A stretch of DNA of 64,000 bases, taken from NCBI GenBank assembly GCA_012295275.1, contig CM022671.1, forward strand, positions 32,798,001 through 32,862,000, given 5' to 3'. This stretch comes from Chrysomallon squamiferum (lineage: Eukaryota; Animalia; Mollusca). Made by a program: the position numbers and the translations under genes. Positions 34,412 through 64,000 of the stretch are shown piece by piece. The notes under the pieces were generated by a model that did not search any database, was not told where the DNA came from, and worked only from the letters and a program-made list of their open reading frames with translations. Numbering within the stretch: position 1 is the stretch's first letter; every line of letters starts with the position of its first letter.

Positions 34412-34858
34412 AATAGTAATAATAACAAATCAAAACTGAAAAATGTATTAAAATAATGCATTTACAAAATTCCGTTTGAAATATTCTGTTTCCTTTAAAA
34501 AAAAAAATTATTCAAAACTCATGTTTTATTGTTATTGTTTTTTAACTTTGGAATATAAAATTGTGATTATTGCTTGATTGTTTACCATAGCAAAAAACAA
34601 ACACTTTAATATATTTATTTATTTGTTTATTGTTGTTGTTGTTGTTATTATTACTTTTATTATTAGTTTTTTTTTTTTTCTTAATTTTGTTTTTAATTTT
34701 TATTTTTTTTAATTTTAATTTTTTTTTTTTTTTTTTCTATTTTTTTTTTTTTGATGAATTTGTTCTGAGATGAATATCCTAAAGTTTCAGTAAAATATGT
34801 TTTGGAGAGTAAATTAGTTTCTTGAATACTGGAAATTATTATAAAATGAATACCCTCC

Positions 34859-34907
<49 letters not shown>

Positions 34908-35659
34908 TAAATATAATAATTCATTTTATTTGCCACCACAAAATATCTTTTCAACTACATTTCCAAAAGTGTTTACAACCGACTTTTTAATCGAATCGCA
35001 CTTTGACACTGGTAAGTAACCAACAGTTCAAAGCCTGCCAATGTCTTGATAAACACTGATAATTATGTTTTTTTGTTTTTCTTGAACAGCAGTTTATGAA
35101 GCTGCACAACTGGTATTATATTTTTCAAACACGTAATAACCGGAAGCGAATGGAAAAAAAAATCTATATTCGTAACCACTGGAAAAACAGAACCAAATTA
35201 TCAGTGTTGGGACGGCGTGACTTTTAGATGAATAATGATAAAAATAAAACATTTTATTCCTAAAAAAATATAAAATAAAATAAAAAGCTGTTTTACTGAA
35301 GTTAATGTCATGGACACAGATTATTTTTAGAATATTGATCACGGAACAAAACCAAAAAAAAAAAAAAAAATAAAAAGGTAAAATAAAAAAAGGAAAAATG
35401 TCATCAATAAAAAATGAATAAATAACAAATAGTCACAATAAAATAATAAATAATAATAATAATCATAATAATCATAATAATAATAATAATAATAACTAAC
35501 TAACTAAATAAATAACAAATAAATAAGGAACTTCCCAAAACATCTGTACCACAAGACAACACACACAATCGATTCTGCAATCACCAAAAATTTACAAACT
35601 GTTTTATAATGATTGTAGGATATAATAATATTCAAAAGGGTAATTGATATCCTCCCTCC

Positions 35660-35935
35660 TTCAGCTATGTCGTCAGCAAGTCATATTGGTTAAAACCAGG
35701 AAGTTTGATTTATTCTGCTCTTCCTAGAACCGATCGAGCCGGTGCCCCTGACAGGCGCGTCTGAGACGCAGAGTTGTCTTTCCCGCCTTACTGCTTATAA
35801 AGGAAGTCTTGCTGCTAATCGATAAGAGTTTCTTTCTCGGAATTCCTCGTTAACTCTAAAAATTGTATATTTGACCTGTCATAATTGGTCAGATTAAACC
35901 ATATTCAGATATCATTGAAAACTCATTTCCTGTAA
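35660..35935 (-). mobile_element. Degenerate copy of the same SINE/MITE-like element
   Basis: The reverse complement contains ACTCTTATCGATTAGCAGCAAGACTTCCTTTTATA, matching the cores at 5190-5225, 5788-5812 and 20550. Confidence 0.4.
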
Positions 35936-36050
35936 GCCGCAAGTAAACAGGTGTCAAATGTAAGAAGATAACGATAATGTTTCATGAAATTTATTTAAAA
36001 AAAAAAAAAAAAAAAGTTGCGTCTACATATATATATATAATAAATATTAA

Positions 36051-36102
<52 letters not shown>

Positions 36103-36184
36103 GATATTTTTTTTATTCTGTTTCAGACCAGTTAGCTATTTTCAGTTATATTAATTTCGTACTATACATCTATCTTTTTTTCTA

Positions 36185-40830
<4,646 letters not shown>

Positions 40831-41589
40831 ATTCATCGCCATCCATTAATCTCCATAATTGACTGTATAATGGCATAGTTGGCTTGATAATGCCTTCTCT
40901 TGGTCATTCATTACTAGACGGCAAATTGGTTCAATAACAACCCACAGTGCGTGTTTTTCATTTCAAAACTCGTTATTTCGCGGATGGTTTCCTTGTTGAC
41001 AGTAGCAGTAGTAATAATAAAAGTAAAATTAATCGTGCGATAACAAAAAACAAGGACTCCTACACTAATGATAAGTAATGCTGAGAATAATAAAATGTGG
41101 AATGTTTTCAACCAGTACAGTTATCAAAAGAAATAAATTAAAATAAAGGCTACAACTGGACGAATGTCTGAAAGGTATCGACTACCACAGTGGCAACATC
41201 AAAACGAATAAGAAGAGTTTAGCTGATGGAGTTGAAAAGTTCATATTTCTAACAGATTAAATAATTTCCCGCTGTCTGAACATTAATCTATTAATTACTA
41301 TGATTTGCTGTTCACTAAAGTCTTTTATGCAGAACAAACTAATGGAGTTGTACATTTACCATCACGTTAGTGCCATTCACTTATCGATGATGATATGAAA
41401 AATAAATGATTTCTGTTGTATTTATTAGAAACCAACATTGTCCACTTCATGCCATATGGAGAGGCATGACAAAAAGGAGTTAAAATAATTTTCAGGAAGA
41501 CTAGGAACAGCAGTTTTACAGAATCGGATAATAAATAATAATAAGCCCAGTTCGCTGCTTCTCATAGTAGATGTGACATAGTAGTTAAG

Positions 41590-41596
41590 TATAAAA
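41590..41596 (+). promoter_or_regulatory. Candidate TATA box of the Ly6 gene
   Basis: TATAAAA upstream of a putative non-coding exon that ends at the CAAG|GTGATA donor (41756). The next acceptor, CTGCAG| at 42120, precedes the ATG. Confidence 0.4.
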
Positions 41597-41879
41597 CGCC
41601 ACAGAATGTTCTTTCAAAAATACGTTGCTGCTAATCGACGTCATCTGAAAAGGAAGCCAGAGAGCAGTAAAATATTATCGCTGAAAATTTTGAAATAAGC
41701 CTGTAGAGTACATTTTACTGAATCCTCTTGATCTGTCACAGACTTGAGTTTCCAAGGTGATAAACTAACAAATTGATTCTAAGAAAAAAAAAATTGTTTT
41801 TGTTTGTTTTCATCATATTGTTTAGTTTGTATTTGGTATCTTGTTGGCTATTATTGTTTGTATTATTTCCTGTGTCAGC

Positions 41880-41880
<1 letters not shown>

Positions 41881-41959
<79 letters not shown>

Positions 41960-42080
41960 GTCTCTCTCTGTCTGTCTCTCTCTGTCTGTCTGTCTCTCTG
42001 TCTGTCTCTCTCTGTCTCTGTCTGTTTGTCTCTCTCTCTATCTCTATCTCTATCTCTCTCTCTATCTCTTTCTCTCTATC
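41881..42080. repeat. (CT)n / (CTGT)n pyrimidine-rich compound microsatellite in Ly6 intron 1
   Basis: Read directly from the sequence. Confidence 0.9.
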
Positions 42081-42154
42081 TCCAACAGAACAGTTATTAT
42101 TATCATTGTTATTACTGCAGGTCGATACATGGAAATAACTTCAGTGTGAAGAAG

Positions 42155-43456
42155 ATGCGAATGGACTTTGTAAGCTATACAGCTGTTATTGTTTTGACTC
42201 TATACGTCACTCACAAAGGTAAGTTTACAGTATAGTTTTATGTTATAATTATGATAATAATATCGTACATGTTTTGTTTGATATTTTAATGAGCTAACTC
42301 TTCAATAGCGCCTATCGTAAAAACAACTTCACATTTCACCAATATCCAAATCAGAAATTCATTCAGTTGCCTGAGGTGAGTATTAAACTGTCTGTAAACG
42401 CAGTTAATTGTCACATATGAACTCAATGAAGCGGTATATGCAGAAAAAAAAAAAAAAAAAATTTATACAGAATTAAACGAAATACTGGAATAATGTCATT
42501 GTGATCTCGAAAATAATTTTCCTTATTTTATTTATATTATTTAAAACGATGTATAATTATTAATCTGATTTTTACTCTTTAATTTCGTTTGTAATTTGTA
42601 CTGTGCATAAATTCCATTTTACCACATAATATGAATATAATATATTGCTACATATATGTTGATTTTTTTTAAAATCATATTTTCAAACGTAAATCTAAAT
42701 AATGTTTTCCTTTTTATAGTCTTCTTCTTCTGCTTTTCTTCTCCTTCTTTATCGTCTTCTTTTTCTTCTTCGTCGTCATCATCTTATTATTGTTATTATT
42801 ATTAACGTTATCATAAGTGATGTTGTTTTAACCCAGTTCTATGCATACGATGCCAGCAATGCGGGGATAGCAACATTTTTGAAGAATGTAAAATGGGTAA
42901 GGTGGAGCCTACGGAGTGTGCCGAAAATCAGAATTACTGTGTCGTCTTCACCGTAGCTTTCGTCAAGGGTATGAACTTTACTCAGTAACATTAAATGTTC
43001 ATTTGGTGTTTGTTTGAATGTGAACGTGTTTGAAATTTACTCAGTAACATTAATTGCTCGTTTGCTCTTTGTGTGAATTTGTACATGTATGATTTTATTC
43101 TATATTCGTACTAATATATATATATATATACATGTTCGTGGTTTCTGTCGTTGTAGTGACTAATGTGTACATATAATGCGTATATAATCTGTATTCTGTT
43201 GAAGGTCGGGTATGAGATCATGTAGTATGAATAAGTGGGTATACATATTTTTGCATTCATACAGACATGTTTATTTATAATATCAGTTTTAATAACTCTA
43301 TATGATTTTTTGTTTACAGATGCTGAAAGCTACATTGCCAGGAGTTGTACAAGTTTCAATACCACCAAGTGCCAAACGAATGACCTTTTAGATGGCCGAT
43401 CGGCTGTGATTTGCCGATCAGTTTGTAGTACAGATGGTTGCAATCATGGGAAATGA
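42155..43456 (+). CDS. Secreted single-domain Ly6/uPAR (three-finger, quiver/sleepless-like) protein, 110 aa
   Basis: Coding exons 42155-42218, 42837-42968 and 43320-43456, joined by phase-1 GT-AG introns. Protein: MRMDFVSYTAVIVLTLYVTHKVLC-IRCQQCGDSNIFEECKMGKVEPTECAENQNYCVVFTVAFVKDAESYIARSCTSFNTTKCQTNDLLDGRSAVICRSVCSTDGCNHGK*. It has a signal peptide, 10 Cys with an N-terminal CxxC and a C-terminal C-x2-D-x-CN, and no GPI tail. Confidence 0.9.
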
Positions 43457-43812
43457 TCTTCTGATTGTGTAATTAAGAAAAAATGAAAGAAAGAAAGAAA
43501 AAAATATATATATAAATATATATATTCTGCACACCATGTGTTTAATCGGTGATGTAATAATCTTTTCGGCTGTGTACTCAAGGATATTGTGGCCAAGCAT
43601 TTTTCTTTAAATTTTCGAATCAGAAAGTGCAAATGTGTTTAAATGTTGATACATTCACTGGGATAATCTGAGCGTGACAACAGTGCTTAAACCGATGTGA
43701 ATGAAAAAGGATTATAAAGATAAAAAAAAGAAGAAAAAAATTGTATTTATCTTTTGCAAGAATATGGATTCTGGGAGAAGCAGACCAAAGTTGTACTAGA
43801 ATCTTCGATGAC

Positions 43813-43818
43813 AATAAA
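43813..43818 (+). promoter_or_regulatory. Candidate polyadenylation signal of the Ly6 gene
   Basis: AATAAA about 360 nt after the stop codon. The background is AT-rich, so this is weak evidence. Confidence 0.3.
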
Positions 43819-44311
43819 GACAAAGTCTTTGCATTCTCGACATTCTGAATAATGTAAAATTTCCTAAGGCAAAATGTTGCATCACTGGATGATTAAGATA
43901 AATCTTATTTGGTACCAAGTGCCTAAAGATACTGTCCAAGATGAAGGTGCAGCGATTTTCATTCAGTGTAAACTTGTGTCAAACGTTCAGTTAACCGACT
44001 GATCGACAAAAGCACCTATTTTCGTTTGAGTTCAGATTTGACAAACACACTGGACTACAAAGTTTTAAGCTTGAAAATATTAAGAACAACTCATGTAGTT
44101 TTTTCTTTTTTCTTTTTCTTTTATCTTCAATTTTTTTTGGGGGTTTTTTTTGTTGGTTTTTTTAAGGAAAAAATAACAATCTTTCAAAGAATCTTGATTA
44201 GGTATACATTCTCAATGTTGGTATTTTTGGAAGCCAAGACAAAGTTTAGTAATGCAATTAATAAACTCACCATAATTTCTTTAATATTTATAAATGTTTT
44301 AATTTAAAATT

Positions 44312-44377
<66 letters not shown>

Positions 44378-44683
44378 CAAATAAATAACTAAATAAACAA
44401 AACAACAGACGCACTGTCGATAATTATATTTTAATTAACAATTTTTTAAGTCATATTTTTTCAGAGAAGTTATTTTTGTTACATACTTTTATTATTATTA
44501 ATTTCATTGTATAATACATATGCAATTAGCATTTTATTATATATTTTTTGTTCAAAAATAATAAGAAATAACGATCATATTTAGTGTATTTATTCATGGT
44601 GTGCAAACTAAATATGCAGTTTTGGAGAAATCTATAGATATATTTCAACGGAAGCGGCAGCATCACCATCTGTATAGACTGAA

Positions 44684-49450
<4,767 letters not shown>

Positions 49451-51170
49451 AAACAAACACGCCAACAGAGAGCACCACGTATAGACCATATTTATCTTTC
49501 ATAAAACAAATGTAGCTGTTGTGTGTTAAGAAGCTATTTTTCAACAGCCTAATTATGTATACATATATAAAATAGATATAAATTAAAATAATAATAATAA
49601 AAAATGAATAACATTAAGCAAATAACATGTAGAAGAATTTTTACAGAATCAATAGTTTACATTCAAGAATTAAAATTGGATATGCCGTAAAATAAATAAA
49701 TGGCAAAATACTTATTCATTTATCGTGACTCATAAGCAACTTTCCCGGTAAAGCGTGTTTCTTTTACAGCGTTAATGACAGCTTTGAGTCAGGGCTACTA
49801 ACCAAAACGGATATTAAAACAGAATATGTGTTAAAAAATAAGACAGTAATTTTCTTAAAACTGAATTCAAATTAAATAGCGAATGTATTACTTTTTTCTC
49901 TCTCTCTAACAGAATAAACAGGCCTGCTATCTTCTGCATATTAATAATGAATTTAAATCAAATTCCGTTGAAAGAAAAACTGACGTTTTAATCGTTTAAA
50001 TTCAAACAAAAAACACAAATAGCTTAGATATTGCGTTTTGTTTTGGGTTTTTTTTGCTTCCACAACATAAACAGTTTTTGTGCTTATCCTCGAAGAACAT
50101 CTAAATCAGATTTGGTAAAAAAAAGATTGTAATCTTTTTACAACTTAAATTCAAGCAGAAACAGAAATGTTGAAGAATGGTATGCAAAAATCACAAAGAA
50201 GCAATCTTATCACGTACCACGTTGTTTTTTTCTAACAATAATAAAGCTAGATGTTTTGTTAACCTAAATTCGTGAAAACAAGATGACATTCTCAATGGTT
50301 TAATTTAAAATAAAATCATATGCAAATCAGCTAGTCAAATCATTTTTCTTTCTCACTCTTCGTACATCATCATAAATGAAGTCCAACCGAACTTTCTTTT
50401 TAACAGTAAGACAATTATTTATTTACTTATTAATTTATTTATTTATTATTGGCATCGTTAATTATTTCAGAGTTAAATTCAAAGAATGAAGGTAAAAATA
50501 AATAAGAATCGACATCTATAGATTAATATTTAGTTTGCTCGATAATTCCTCATCGTACTGATGAAAACAAGGAAGAAGTGTTGAAAACCATTATTATCAG
50601 TCTCAGACCCAATTGTTTTCTCCGTTCATTTTACTCCGCGTCACGTATTCCAGCTAAAGAAATTAGAAGATAACGTTTAAACATTGCGCATCCTATTTCA
50701 ATACGTAAGTATTCGACAGTCGCCTGTATAATTTCCCGTTCCAGCTTTTACGATGCTTTTCACTTCTACGGTGAAATAATTTATAGTTATATGATTTTAA
50801 ATTCGAGGTAAAATTCAGTCAAAAGTTCACCAGAAATTGAAACTATTATTATTATTATGTAAGTTGGATGGGGTTTTATGATTGAACGCATAAATGGTAA
50901 TTTAAGTAAAAACGCAGTATAATGTACTTATTTTGATTTTTTGTTTGTTTGGTTTTTTTTTGCTTGATAAGCGATAGAGTGAGAGGAGAGAGACAGAGGG
51001 GGAAAGAGAGTGAGAGAGAACAGACTAACAGACATTCAGACAGACAACTGAGTTATAACAAAACCCAACTACAAAAATAAAATAATTACATGCTTTAAAT
51101 TTATTGTGGAATTTCAAGCAAAAGAAACATTATTGCACGAACATAAAACTACAAATTTTGTTTATTTAAC

Positions 51171-51211
<41 letters not shown>

Positions 51212-51989
51212 CATAAAAAATAATCATAATCATAATAAATAAAGAGAAATAACAATAAAAATAAATATTAATAATGATTATCAGTAACAATAAACAAGCA
51301 AATTAATTCTTTACTGTCGGCAATTTTAATACCACACTCTGTTGCTTTGCTGCAGGTGTGTTTTTTAATCATCAAAGGTTCAAAAGTTTAATACCCTCTA
51401 ATGTCACATGTTGTTAAGAAAATCATCTTAAAGGATTAATACAGAAAAGCCATTTCAGGTCTTAGTTTTCTGATTATCAGTTGTCCTAATACTACAGTTA
51501 GGAAAATTATTTTATAAATCTATAATTTTGATATAGCAAATAAACAGATTACTTTATATGCATCGGTAATAATAACAGTTGTGATACATTGACTGAACTT
51601 TGTTATATTCAGCTACTGGGATTTGAAATTATAATTTCTTTTTTTTTTTTTTTTTTTTTTTTTTCAATATAATTTGAAGCTACTTGTGTATCTAGCATAA
51701 AAATATATAAAAAAATCTGCAGTAAAATAAAATCATAAAAATGTAGGACCAAGAGATACTTAAAAATCAGCATATTCTAAAAACGAATGAATGATTCCTG
51801 CAGCAATAACAATATTAATAAAAAAAACAATATGATCATTTACTATAAATTTTCTCAATAAATAAACATACAAGATTTTGATTTAAGTCTAAATTTTCTC
51901 TTCAGCAGTCGTTTTTGAAGCATTAATACTGACCAATACTGGCATTATTATATAAGCTGAAACTAACATGTCTGTTATTTGTAAGGATT

Positions 51990-52385
51990 TTGTACAGATG
52001 CAGAATACAAGTGTTGACGTCAGTTTGTGGTAACCTTTGTTGACTGTCATAAGTGTTGATGCTGTCTCCATTAATTTGGTAAAGTCTTTATGCTGATGCA
52101 GAATATAAATGTTGATGTCAGTTTGTGGTGACTAATGTTGAAATTGATATACAATTCAACTGATGTCAATTTTATATTGATAAGATTTTATGAACTGTTC
52201 TGACATCAGTTGATGCAGACTGTAAGTGTTGATATCAATTTGGTGTCTGTTGTTGAATCTGGTATGACTTCAACTGATGTTGATTTTGTATTGATATTAT
52301 TTTGTGTTGATGTATTGATTTAGACCTATTATTCTGACATGGATGTTGATGCAAATTTAATGTATGTGTGTTGATGCAGACTTAA
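51990..52385. repeat. Degenerate ~100-120 bp repeat in the probable HEATR6 3' UTR
   Basis: GATGCAGAxTxxAAGTGTTGAxxTCAxTTTG recurs at ~51997, ~52095 and ~52212. TTCAACTGATGT....TTT.TATTGATA recurs at ~52155 and ~52269. Confidence 0.6.
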
Positions 52386-52569
52386 TGGACTTAGAAAAAA
52401 AATAACTTAGACCAAAATATTTTATGTTTAAATGAAACACAAGAAATAATAAATTAAAATTATTCTATGACACAATGGTGAAAATGTGAGTGACACATCA
52501 ATATGTGTAAAATACAAATTATTTCAAGACAGTGGTTATTAAAAATGATGATAATATATTTATGTGTTG

Positions 52570-64000
<11,431 letters not shown>

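Overview
AT-rich (roughly 30% GC by eye), microsatellite-dense animal DNA with GT-AG spliceosomal introns; the protein sequences and repeats suggest a mollusc, possibly a gastropod (inference). I see no CRISPR array, rRNA or tRNA. Two genes are intact. (1) The 3' part of HEATR6 lies on the minus strand (52570-64000; 19 exons, all phase-compatible). (2) A 110-aa secreted Ly6/uPAR (three-finger) protein with three coding exons lies on the plus strand (42155-43456). Much of the apparently empty 1-50 kb looks like decayed genes for extracellular proteins: a signal-peptide multi-EF-hand-like gene (minus, 1.05-4.6 kb); a receptor guanylyl cyclase-like pseudogene with two tandem ANF-type ectodomains (plus, ~7.2-29.4 kb); and about eight decayed Ly6 modules around the intact Ly6 gene, possibly two four-domain genes. 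Inside HEATR6, two independent minisatellites are tandem amplifications of splice junctions: ~27 copies of a 3' acceptor and ~15 copies of a 5' donor. All pseudogene calls come from manual translation across frameshifts and need HMM or tBLASTn confirmation.
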